Shown here: positions 11,391 to 24,400 of the stretch, in pieces | Layout of the letters: each line of letters starts with the position of its first letter | Numbering within the stretch: position 1 is the stretch's first letter | Assembly (NCBI RefSeq): GCF_964213995.1 | Contig: NC_135804.1 | Span: 42,656,001-42,720,000, forward strand | Direction: 5' to 3' | DNA from: Mustelus asterias | Taxonomy: Eukaryota | Length of the DNA: 64,000 nt | Position numbers and translations under genes: made by a program | The notes under the pieces: model-generated | Seen by the model: only the letters and a program-made list of their open reading frames with translations | What the model was told of the DNA's origin: nothing | Database searches by the model: none

Positions 11391-12356
11391 CTGCCACTCA
11401 GCCCAAATGCAGAGTGGCAGCAGGACCCCCCCATCCTCACCTGATCTCACCCGCAGAGGCCCTGCCCCATCAGGTCCCACCCCTTGGCACTGCCTGCGGC
11501 CTGGTGGGCAGTGCCATGATTCCTCCTCAGCAGTGCCAGGGGACCAGGCTGGCACTGAAAATGGACAGCTATACTAAACCCCGCTGGAGTGAACCACTCC
11601 TGGACGGGGAGGAGAGGCTAGCAGGCCCGGAGAATTCAGTCTCAGGCCCACTAATGCTATTTAAAACATATTTAAATTAGAATCTGCATATGTTATGCAG
11701 CTCCGTGTCGATTTCTGGCATGGAGCTGCAGAAATCCAGCTGCTGGAGACTCGTGGAGGCCGAGGTGCCCAGCTACAAAAGCAATGCAGTGGGCTGAGAG
11801 AATCGATTCCCCAATGATTTTGTAATATTGATTGCCATGATTGACAATTGACAGCCATCAAACATTCTATTACTTTTAATCCAACCTTTTGATTCAACAC
11901 CACTCAGATTAATTAACAGAAATGTCACTGCAAAGTTAAACGTATGATATGTTTTGTGATTATATCATTCCTGAACGCCAAGGTAGAATTCTCCTTTTAT
12001 TTCTAAAGCAGATGCTGATTGTTGAAATAAAGGAGGATGGCAACAATGGGTGCACAGCCATTCCAAATAAGAAACAACTTTTCTTGAGTCTTTCAATTAA
12101 ATCAAGTTTTTGATTGTTTGCCTTGCATTTTGACGTCATTATTTTTCCTTTCACCTGTCATTTTGTGTAATCCACTTTTATTCTTTTTTCACTCATTGCT
12201 TCCCTTGACTAGCAATAAAAACTTAAAAAGGTTCAGTCATTTGATGTCAAATGATCAGTACTGTACATCTTTCTCAATCATTATATTGCCTTGCATTAAC
12301 ATTACATTCCACAGCTTCCAGGATCAAATTTCAAACCTTAAAAGAAATAGACAAAC

Positions 12357-12436
12357 CTGCTTTCTATGTGTTGACAGCTGGCCCGGGACAATACAGTCAT
12401 CACTATCTGTTATTGATTCCTCAACATCATCGTCAA
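12357..12436 (-). CDS. RPGRIP1L: RPGRIP1L exon (80 nt)
   Basis: cttag|TT GAC...CAG|gtttgt; [26 protein letters not shown], matching the SDSDDCIIPG motif. Confidence 0.92.
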
Positions 12437-15400
12437 CTAAGTAAGAAAGAAATTTACTGTGAAAAACAATAGACTGATGATCTTTCAGATGTTTATAGTA
12501 GGAACAGATGGCTATACAATATTGTGATTAGAAATATAATCACCCAGTTAAATAACTTCATATAAAATTATGACTAAAGTAAATGACTGTTACTTTATGA
12601 CTATATTTAAAGAACATGCAAAAACATGGATGGTAGTTAAGTACTTCAGTAAATCACAATAGATTTACAAACCACTTTTAGGTTTTGCATACCTGCCCAA
12701 AAAATGCCTCAGAAGTTAATAGCTGTAGTAGACAGCAGCTTTTATTGCAGCCTATGATACAATTGACTACATAAAGGCAAAAGCCACAATAGTCAACATA
12801 TATGAAGCATACATTAAAACACAATCATAGTAATTACACACACACACAAGAACACACGGTTATCACTTTATCTTGCTCCCGAGAGCAGAAAAATTAACAA
12901 TGAAACAATGAAATTGTTACATAATTTAGAAAAAAAATATTGTACTCTCCCCAAACTTTTCCAGCCAAAAAACCCTTTTGATCTTCCAAGCGTACTGAAA
13001 GAAACCCTGAGAAACATTATATTGAAAAGCTAAACAACAAAAAATAATTATTTTGCACAATAGGTACAGACATACAAAAACAAACTTAAAAGATGTTTCT
13101 ATGTCTTAAATTTATTATAATAAAATGTTCTGTATTCAACAAATACTTCCAAGCCTTACCTTATTTTACCATTTTTAATTTGAGCACACACTCCCTCACC
13201 CATACCCACCCTCACCCACAGCTACCCACACCCTCACCCCCTCAACCTCACCCTCCTCACCCACAGCCATCCACACCGACACCCACCCCTCAATCTCACC
13301 CTCATACTCACTCACACCCCATTCTCACTCACATACTCACATCCTCTCACACTCACCATCTCACCCTTACCGCCATGCTCACTCTCATCCACAGTGTCAC
13401 TCATGCTGTCACCCACACACTCACTTTCACACAATCACTAATGACCACGAAGGGCATGGGGATCATAATTGATCTCCATGTGGGCTTTATCGAATACTAA
13501 CTGCCCTTTTGAGTGAATGAGGGCAGCACGGTGGCACAGTGGTTAGCATTGTTGCCTCACAGCGTCAGAGACCTGGATTCGATTCCCAGCTTGGGCCACT
13601 GTCTGTGTGGAGTTTGCACTTTCGGTGTCTTTGTGGGTTTCCTCCGGGTGCTCCGGGTTCCTCCCATGTCCGAAAGACGTGCTGGTTAGGTTCAGTGGCC
13701 ATACTAAATTCTCCCTCAGTGTACCCGAACAGGCGTCGGAGTGTGGCGACTCGGGGATTTTCACAGTAACTTCATTGCCGTGTTAATGTAAGCCTACTTG
13801 CGACACAAATAAATAAACTTTAAAAACCCCTGGGCAACCTGTCACCGAATTTCTGGTCAGGTTACAAAAATTAGCAGAACATTACAAATTCAGACTGCCT
13901 CTAAACAAAATATCCTGAGACAGATTGGTAAGCGAAGGTAAGTCAATCTCTGTGGGGACTTAAACTAACAGTCAATCGGGTTTCCAAATTTGATATCGCA
14001 TATGCATCCAAGAATCTTATGGATGCCGAGCGGAGGTATTCTCAGATCAAGAAAGAAGGTTTGGTGTGAAAAAGTTCCATCGATATGTCTTTGGCAGATT
14101 TTTCATAATAGTTACTGATCACAAATCCTTATTGGAACTTTGTAAAGAAGATAATTCCCCCTATTGCCTTTGCCCGGAAATAGTATTGGGCCTTATTACT
14201 TGTGGCTTATGAGTACCTTGTAGAGCACCACCCTGGAACCTGGATAGTCAACGTGAATGCACTGAGTCGCCTCCTGTTGCCCACAAGTCTGGCTCCTCTA
14301 CCAGCATTAGAAGAAGTCATGATGGCCCTAAATTCTTGGGAGACTCTGCCAGTGTCCGCAAGGCCTGGCCACAAAAGAATCCAATCTTGTCTAAAGTAAG
14401 GCATATAATCCTACATGGTAGATTCCGAGAAAAACTCTTGGAAGAAATGAAACCCTATTTGACTGAAAAAGACGAGCTCAGTGCTGAGGATGGGATCATT
14501 CTCTGGGGGTCCCAAGTAGTTGTCCCTCATCCAGGAAGACGTCTGATATTAACGGAACTACATAATACCAGCCTAGGGTATCAAAGATGAAAATGCTGGC
14601 TAGGAGCTATGTCTGGTGGCCTGGCTTCGACTCAGACATCACGGACTTGGTGAAGCAGTGCAACCTATGCCAAGAAAATCAAAAACTCTATCCGTCAGCC
14701 TCCCCACATCCATGGGAGTGACCTGGCAGGCTATGGATGTATATGTACGTGGACTTTGCTGGGTCCTTTATGGGTTCCATGTTTTTAATTATGACAGATG
14801 CATACTCCCAAGTGGTTGGAGGTACACCAAATGGGGCCCCACGACCTCTCATACTATGAATTAGGAATTATGACGAAGTTTCTGCATGCACAGAATATCA
14901 AAAGTCCTCGTTTCTGATAATGGCATGCACTTTACTGGCAGTCAATTCCAGAACTTTGTGCTCTCCTATCTGACACGTCTGAACAGCACCCTATCTCCCA
15001 TCATCTAATGGACTGGTGGAACAGATGGTGTAAACTTTAAAAAATGGCATGAGAAAACAACCAGCAGCATCCATGGAGACCACATTGGCATGATTTTTGT
15101 TTGACGATAGGACTACGCTTCACACAACAACAGCAATAACCCCAGCAGAACGTCTAATGGGATAGTGGCTTCATACAAGATTGTACCTACTATTCTCAAA
15201 CCTGGTGCAGTCCCAACAAGAAAACCAGAAAAAGAATCACAATTCTGCAAGGGCAGAAAGAGCGTTTAAAGTAAGTGATTTGGTTCACGTAAGGAACTTC
15301 AGAGTTGGGTCCCTGGGATTATTATGAAGAAAACAGGATCAGTATCTTGCCAGGCTAAAATCCAGGGCAAAATTGTAAAAAAAAATACCTGGACCATCTC

Positions 15401-18400
15401 CAGACGCCAATGACACAGACACCGACACCGAGATGGAACCAAAGGAAGCGGACATCTTAGCTGAAGCGACGCTCCCTCAGGAAACTAAGGTTCCCCATTT
15501 GACTCACAAAGCCAGATCTAGCCCCGCCTTTGATAGACCTCAGACCGAACGCTAAACGGTCACTGCAGAGGTACTGAGGGAAAAACGGACCTAATTGGGG
15601 AGGGCGGGTGGGGTGGGGGAGACATGTTAAGATAGCCACGAAAGGCATTGGCGGGGGGGGGGGGGTCATCAATCGATCTCCCCATATGCTTCGTAGAGTA
15701 GAAGCTCCCTTACTGAGCAAGCAGAGGCTTGCCTAATGGGAAGTGAGCAGCGCGGGTGGGGTTAAAATCTGTTGCTTCAACTCATACCAGTATTCTGTAG
15801 GTCCTCAGGTATTGACTTGCATGCTGTAAGCTGCGGATGTGGCTCTTTGTTGTGTTATCATTGAAGGGCTTTTGATGATGGAAGACTGGCCTTGGCAGAA
15901 TTATTACACACCCGAATATCACTCACGCTGTCAGCCACACACTCTCACCCACACACACTCTCATCCCCACTCACACTGTCACTCCCACTCTCAGCTGCAC
16001 TCTCTCCCCACTCCCTCACTCTCCCTACCCTCTTCCCATGCCCCAGCCTCAGTTCCTCTCAGACTCCTGCTACTTTGGCTCTTCTCAGGCCCCCATGGCC
16101 CTGGCCCTATTTGGCACCCCTGCCTCCCTTAGGGCCGGTCTATAATATTCCCCACTCTGGGAGAGCACAAGTAATGCTGTACATCACTGGAGCAATAGCT
16201 CGTTCTGAAGGAAATCACTTTGCTTCTAATTATTGTTTATAACATCCAATTTCAGACTGTCTCATGGCTCCTCCATTGGAAAAGATAATAGATTGTAACA
16301 CTTGGCTGATATCTCCTGGGTGATAGCCATTAACAAATGTCATTTCCAGATTAGAATTTTTTTCATTATTAATTATGGGGTGGCACGGTGGCACAATGGT
16401 TAGCACTGCTGCCTTACAGCGCCAGGGACCCAGGTTCGATTCCCGGCTTGGGTCACTGTCTGTGCGGAGTTTGCACGTTCTCGCCGTGTCCGTGTGGCTT
16501 TCCTCCAGGTGCTCCGGTTTTCTCCCGGAGTCCAAAGATGTGCGGGTTAGGTGGATTGGCCATGCTAAAAAAATTGCCCCTTAGTGTCAGGAGGACAAGC
16601 TAGGGTAAAATGCATGGGGTTATGGGGATAGGGTCTGGGTGGGATTGTGGTTGGTGCAGACTTGATGGGCCGAATGGCCTCCTTCTGCACTGTAGGATTC
16701 TATGATTCTATGATAATTAGAATGTGGACAACACAACCAGGATTCATTGTCCATCATTAGATATCAGAGGTTTGATGCAACTGAGCAGCCACTTGAAGCA
16801 ACTTAGCTGTCAATCCATTGGTTTAGGACTATAGAGTCACTTATAAGCCAGAATGTTAAAAATGGCAGGTTTCCCTTCCTTGCAGGTGTACCACAAGAAA
16901 GCAGTAATTATTTGCTCAAAAATGTTATAGTGTTACACAAGGCCTTTTTGTAGTTAGGCAGTTATACTGTATTGTTTACCTCATATCAAAGTTTCATTTG
17001 GATGAAGAATCTTTATTTTCCCTATTTACCCACGTACAGATTAAGCTATTTTTCATATTTTCCCCTCAGAATTCCTCTTTTTGTTTGCAGTTATCAAATC
17101 TAAATATGAGCAAAACCTTAGCTTTCATCTTTCCATATCACAATTTGTATAATGATTTCTTCTTCAAATGTATCAATAACTTAACTAGTTTCAGAATTGT
17201 ACGCAAATTTAGCGCAGCTCTAATCACATAAAACGGTCTTGAGACAAGTCAGTAATAAAGAATATTCACCAGATAAGATAATGGGGAAAAAATGATTCTT
17301 TACCTTGATAAACCAGCTCCTTCCAGAGATCCTGTGGTTTCTCTCTTATCATGTACTCATTTTCACCAGTTTAATCACCCATGGGAAAGTTTCACATCGG
17401 TGCTCCAAGATCCCCAAAACAGAAGTTATAAATCTCCAAATTACCTCTCTATCTGTACCTTTGAACCTTGGCCCGATAATAATCAGAAATCCATTTCCTC
17501 CCAGACTATAGTACAGAATCATTGTGCCTCTTGAAATGTTTGAGCATCTCATCTCATTTTTATTTTATCAAAAATTTCAAACCTGGCAAGGCGCAAGTTC
17601 TTTATTTCTAGTTTTCCAGCTCTTTTATGAATGTGTTAAACAACTCACAACCAGCTATATTTGTTAGCAGTCTGCTCCACAAATCCACCACTCTGGAGGA
17701 AAATCAATTCATTATTAATCTGCGACTTGTTGTGAATTGATGATTTAAAACCCATGCCTTCTAGTTGTTGCTATGTCCAAACTCACATAACTCGTAACAA
17801 AAATGCCAAATCCACTGATCCCAAAAAAACTTGGAGTATATATGCTATGAAAGAATTTCTTTACATCTGCTCTATTACAATGTACATCACCGAGACAATT
17901 TTATGAAATCTTGTAAATAAGATTAATAAATTAAAGTACCAACCTTCGCCAGGTTCTGTTTCATCTAGTTTTTCAGTTCCTTCTGAAATAACTGAAGCTG
18001 GTTCTGCTGAAGGTACTGAGCTCTCCTCTTCACTTTCTGAAGTCTGTCCATTTTCCACCTCTATGTCTGTCACAACCTGTGTATTTAAAACATGGTATTT
18101 AAGGCAGTTGTTTTTTTACAAGAACATGATTTTATTGTACAGAGCGCTAGCTGCGGAGAGTGGAGCTTGGGAGTTGAGATAAGTGTGAAAGTTTAGGAGA
18201 ATAAATCTTAATGTTTTTTATTCATTCATGGGATGTGGGTGTCGCTGGCTGGGCCAGCATTTATTGCCCATCACTAATTGGTCTTGAACTGAGTGGCTTG
18301 CTAGGCCATTTCAGAGGGCAGTTAAGAATCAACCACATCACTCTGGGTCTGGAGTCACATGTAGGCCAGACTGGGTAAGGACAACAGATTTTCTTCCCTA

Positions 18401-21400
18401 AAGGACATTAGTAAGCCAGATGGGTTTTTACAACTATGAACAATGGTTTCATGGTCATCATTAGACTTTTAACTCCAGATTTTTATTGAATTCAAATTCC
18501 AAAATTCGCGTGGTGGGATTCGAACCCAGTGACTATGCCAATGCCTCCCCTAATCTCTTGCCTTCTTAAAATCTGGTACAAATTGCTGGTAGTTCCTTGG
18601 TAAGACCAACTGTTCAGTTGGGTTAATTTGAAGGGTAGGCATTTACACATCTTTCAGATTTAAGGAGAGTTAAACCATGCTCGCCTAAGTGAGAGAAGCT
18701 GCTGTAGCTTAGGTAATTAATTGGGGCAATCAGTTAAATAAACTGGTTAAGACTTATTCCTGAAACAGGAGAGGCAAAGAGTATAAAAACAAGGCCTAAA
18801 GTGCAACCAGTTCTAAAACAAAGTGCACCTCAACATCAAATTTCTATGGAATTCTTGTAAAGCAGGAAGGTGGCTGAACTCGGATCAATGACAAAAGCTA
18901 ATATAACTGGTAGTAATCTTCCAAAAATCCTTATGCTTTGGAAAAATGTCAGAGGATTAGAAAACTGCCAATGTAACACCCTGATTCAGAAAGGGAGGGA
19001 GATAACAAACAGGTAACTAACTATAGGCTAGTTAGCTTAACAATTTAATTGAGAACATGTTAAGAGTCCATTATAAAGGATGCAATAGTAGAGCATTTAG
19101 AAATGCATAATATAATCAAGCAGGCTCAGCATGGCTTCACGAAGGGGAAATCATGCCCAACAAATTTATTCGAATTCTTTGAGGTGGTAATGAGCAGCAG
19201 AGATAAGGGGAACCAGTAGATGTAATATACTTGGAATTTCAAAAAGCAATTGATAAGGTACCGCACCAAGCTAACATGCAAGTTCAGCAGGTAATAGGGA
19301 AGGCAAATTGAATGTTGGCCTTCATTTCAAAGGGAATGGAGTATAAAAATAGGGAAGTCTTGCTAAAACTATACAAGGCCTAGCTGGACCGCACCTGGAA
19401 TATTGTGAATGGTTTTGATCCCCTTATCGAAGGAAAGATATGCTGGCATTGGCCGCAGTCCAGATGAGGTTCACTAGGTTGATCCGGGTATGGAGGGATT
19501 GAGAAAAGGTTGAGCAGGTCGGAACTGTACTCACTGGAGTTTAGAAGAGTGAGAGACAACTTTAATGAGACATATAGGATTCTCGAGTCTTGACAGGGTA
19601 AATGATGAGGTTATTTCCCCTTGTGGGAGAGTCTAGGGCCAGAGGGCATAATCTCAGAGTAAGGGGTCACCTATTTAAGACAGAGATGAGGAAGAATTTC
19701 TTCTCTCAGAGGGTAGTGAATCTGTGGAATTCTTTACTGAAAAGGGCTGTGGAGGCTGGGTCATTATGTATGTTCAAGGCTGAGACAGACAGATTTTTAA
19801 TCAGTGAAGGAATTAAGAGTTGTGAGGATAAGGTGGAAAATTGGAGTTGAGGATTATCATTTCAGATCAGTCACGATCTCATTGAATATTGGAACAGACA
19901 CAATGGGCTGAACGGCCTACTTCTGCTCTTACGTCTTATGGTCTTAACATTAAACAGATTTAATTCCTCAAAAAAGCAAAACAATGCCAAATCTGAAATC
20001 AAAGGCAGAAAATGCCTGAAACACTCAGCCGACCAGGCAACGTCTATGGAGAGAGAAATGTAAGTTAGCATTCTAGATCTATTACCTCTCAATAAAAGTT
20101 TTCAAGTTTATTTATTAGTGTCACAAGTACGCTTACATTAACATTGCAATAAAGTCAGTGTGAAAATCCCTAGTTGCCACACTGCGGCTTCTATTTGGGC
20201 ACACTGAGGGAGAATTTAGCATGGCCAATGTACCTAACCAGCACGTCTTTCGGACTGTGGGAGGAAACTGGAGCACCTGAAGGAAACCCACACAGCCACG
20301 GGGAGAATGAGCAGACACAGCACAAACAGTGACCCAAGCCAGAAATCGAACCCACATCCCTGGTGCTGTGAGGCAGCAAACCTAACCACTGTGTCGCCCC
20401 AATAGTTCTGATGAAAAGTCATTGAACTGAGATGGTCATCCTACAGTTATTTCTTCAGATGAGCAGTTTGCTCTTAATATTACTCCAGTGACATGACACT
20501 AAAATTATTGATATAACCATACAGTCTGAGCCCACTAGTTATAGAATTATTGCATCATACAGCACGGAAGGAATACATTTGGCCCATGCCTGTGATCATC
20601 AGGCATTGAGATATTGTCATCAGATACAAAGGAAGGAATATGTTGTACTAAACAGGGTGGTTGCTCTTTCAGTGAAGCACCACTATACAGTTATGACAGT
20701 GTGTCTTCTGTGGAGGTGAAATCTTTTGATGCCATCTATAAGTTATGACTAGTTTGTAAAACACTGTTCTAAGAGACTTAGTTGTATGGAACTTGTAAAA
20801 GGTTTGGCACTATATAATACTGTTGACTTCAATTTCAGTACTGGCTGTTTGGTAGTCTGAGTTATAAGCTAACAGTTTTTTCTGAATACCAAAAAAAAAA
20901 TTTCTTTGCGAGGGACTTAGGTCCTTATAAAAACTGCTACTACACAGAGAAAATCTCTCGAAGGAAGAAATTGGATCTTGTTGCTCCTGTTCTCAGATAT
21001 GAAACGGGGTGGGGAGGGGGGGCAGGGGGCAAAAAGTTCAATTTTGTGAGTCTATGCCAGTGTTCCGTACATACCTATAATATGCCCAATGCTATTTTCG
21101 ATCGGACAATGTTCAGGCATTTCTGGAAGCTGTCCCCTAAAAATGTTGGGTTCCTTGAATATGCTAATGAGGGACTTGATGCCTACTCAAGGACCATCCC
21201 TCCCATCCCTTGGAAATTCGGTTGACCTGGCAGGTTCTGCTCAGGTTCTCGCTATAGCTCAACCGAAGGTCCTTAAGGAGACACCAAAGACTGTTAATGA
21301 AAAGGAAAGCTTATTCTTTTTAACATATTTGTATGGAATCAGTAGAAGAAGCATTGCTTACTCAAGCTCCAGAGCACTCCTCAGGGACCATGGTCAGCCA

Positions 21401-24400
21401 TCATTACCCAACAACCCCCAGCACTAGTTCTCCTCTGCCTGTTCCCAGGACTTCTGATACAAGTTTGTCAGATATGCAACTATCCAAATTAGTTGCCAGC
21501 CAAGTTGCATACTGATTGGCATCTGTAGCTCACTGGAAATTTGCTGATGAAGACCTAGGCTCAATTTTGGACAAGTCTCTAGCTTCTGGCACCGTCTGAG
21601 CATGTCACTCATTTCAGGCCTCAAAATGGGCCTGGAACAATTTGTGGTTTTTGGTTCTTTTTCTGAGGATCTACCCTGTTGGGACAAATTCATAAACTTC
21701 CACTGTGTTACTGAAAAACAAAAAAACAAAGCCTTATGTCTTTAAAAGAAAGTAATGAGAAAGCTAAAAATAACAGTTTGCGCAATTTTGAACTCCGAGC
21801 CATTTTTGAACAACTTCATGAAGTGAACTTTATGTATATATTTTAAAGTACGTTTTTGTAAAGCTTCTTTGTTTAAGCAACCTTTTGAGGTTGCCCCCAG
21901 CCGAATGAAAAAAATAGGGTGAAACGGTACCAAAAGTGTTTTTTCTCTTGCTGTTGCAATCATTACACAAGATGGCTAGCGCAGTCCATCACTACCATCC
22001 ATCTGGCAATGATGGTCAGATGAGGAAGGAGTTGGTTCACACATGATACGAAAGCGAAGTGACCTAAACAATTTTGCTCCATTAATGACAGGCTTTATAT
22101 CGAGATGAAAGCATGTACAAAGCTCCACACCTGACTAATTGGTTCAGGTTCCATTGCAGCAGTTTTCACCTCATTTGACATGCTTATACCATCAGGTTTT
22201 TGAACTTCAAATCCTTTTGCTGCTTTAGTTTGCTTCAAATTAAAACACAAATAAGGTAGGTACGAAACTAACAATGACTGACGTAATTAAATTCACAACT
22301 GTTTTTTCAGCAGTCCTGTTAAATTATTGTATTTTACTGAGTATCAGTGGAAGTTACCAATGTGAGGCAGTAAAGTTCTAATGAATAAAACAATGTCAAT
22401 CCTAGAAATTTGAAATAAATAAAAAGCTGGTGTGCACAGTAAGTCCATCAGCACCAAAAGATAAGTTTTGGGTAGTTAATATGAAAAGTTTGATTTGATT
22501 TGATTTATTGTCACATGTATTAACATACAGTGAAAAGTATTGTTTCTTGTGCTATACAGACAAAACATACCGTTCATAGAGAAGGAAACGAGAGAATGCA
22601 GAATGTCGTGTTACTGTCATAGCTAGGGTGTAGAGAAAGATCAACTTAATGCTCCCATCATTCTTGAGTATTGCAACTCACCCATCTTAGCATATAATTT
22701 ATCTCAAGTTCCTGAATGTCTTTGATTGAACTCTTTTACCTTGCCAATCACTTCAAGAGTATATTGCCCTCTGAGGAAAAATGAAGTTTAAGATCTGTGG
22801 AAATTAACTTTTCATTGGGGTTTGCCTAGCATTATTGGAAGATTCTAAGTTGGCCTTATCCATACCATTTGACAAGTTTAAAGCTTTTTTAAAAGACTGT
22901 CTTCTTGGCTCATCATTTTTACATAGGATCATTCCTGGTGTTCTTCAGTTCAACGTTTTCAATGCACTTGTGTTCCTTGCGAGTTAGTCAGTAGGATTTG
23001 CACACAGTAGTGTAAGGGTAACCACAGGGTTAGATCTTAACTGGAAGCGAGTTTTCAGTGGAAAGGCCAGTGTGGAGTTGGGGTGGGAGGGAAGAAAGAA
23101 GTGAGATGAGCAGTAACCTTCCCTGACTATGATCAATTTGAGGCCTGGGCTATTTTAAATTAAGTAGCAAGTAGTGCAGGCCATATAGAACCTGTTGCTT
23201 CAGAGAGAGGTTGCCTCTGTCCATGCAGGTCTCGGGTCTGACTGGTTCTGGTTGGTTTCTCCCGATAGGGGCCATTGCCTCATGGTGTGTATGGAGGCCA
23301 TTGGTTCACTCAGCAGAAGAATAAATTGTACCCCAATGTTGCTGAAGGCTAATGAGATACGGCTTCAAACATCCAAGGTATTCAAAGTTAAGGGAATGGT
23401 TATGATGCTCCCATGACGAAGTCCTTTATCATAGAATCCCTACAGTGCAGAAGGAGGCCATTCGGTCCATTGAGTCTGCACAGGCAACAATCCCACCCAG
23501 GCCCTATTCCTGTAACCCCAGATATTTACCCTGCTAATCCCCCTGATACTAGAGTCAATTTTGCATGGCCAATCAACCTAACCTGCACATCTTTGGACTG
23601 TGGGAGGAGCACCCGGACGAAACCCATGCAGACATGGGGAGAATGCACAAACTCCACACAGACAGTGACCTGAGGTCAGAATTGAACCTGAGTTCCTTGA
23701 ACTGTGATGTAGCAGAGCTAACCACTGTGCCACCATGCTGTGTCTCCTCTATTTCAAGGAATTGTGTACATAGGAGCACTGACAAACATGAGCTAACTAC
23801 AAATGGCAGGAAGGTTAAAGCCTCTACCCCTATAGCCATGAACAGTTGGCATGTGATGGTGCATGCATGCTTATGACTGGTGGAAGTTATAGTTCCTTTT
23901 GAAAGGTTTACAACCTGTGGCAGTCATTACTGACTTGATTCACTGCCTGACAGGGTCTGGGTAGGTAGTATCATGAGTCTGTGAATTAAAAAGTAAATTA
24001 CTGAGGCAAAACTCATGAATAATTGACATCATTTTGAGGAGGATGTGAATCTGAGAGGAGTCGGGCACACGAATGGGCAATAAATCTCTGACAATGTGTC
24101 ACCCTTTTTCCAATCTGTTTTTATATATCTGAGAGCTACAGATGTCCATTATGGACTCACTGAGGAATCCACAGATTCACTGTTTTAGTCAGCAGTTGCT
24201 AGAGAGTTGATACAATCAGTCCCACTGCATGATAAGCTTATCATACTTTGAGACATTACTGGCACATCCAGATGCCTCAGTAATGGCTTCAAAATTATTT
24301 GGCCCCAGAACAACAAAGAATAATTCAATAAGATTCCTCTCCTTCTGAGGCCAGGATTTTCTTGCCCTACCCATTGGTGGGATCTTCTGGTCCTGCTGAA

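Larger units (their letters stand above)
9945..11812 (+). mobile_element. GC-rich TIR element hosting nested CR1-tail and Penelope-like insertions
   Basis: Starts ggggcgattttacc and ends gagaatcgattcccc; homologous to 3295-3930; host sequence resumes after 11390. Confidence 0.68.

Noticed and set aside
13093-13500. His/Thr/Pro-rich 135-aa ORF
   Set aside because: Translation of a C/A-rich low-complexity tract.
17300-17552. Candidate extra RPGRIP1L exon (a minus-strand donor near 17302)
   Set aside because: No similarity to RPGRIP1L, it looks like a decayed LINE 3' region, and the flanking exons already join in phase.
21424-21729. Minus-strand ORF with a good acceptor (tgtttttcag at ~21711)
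   Set aside because: No RPGRIP1L similarity and no convincing in-phase donor.
22660-24330. Possible very old RTE-like or integrase-like relic on the minus strand ([14 protein letters not shown] fragments)
   Set aside because: Motifs are too short and scattered to support a call without a profile search.
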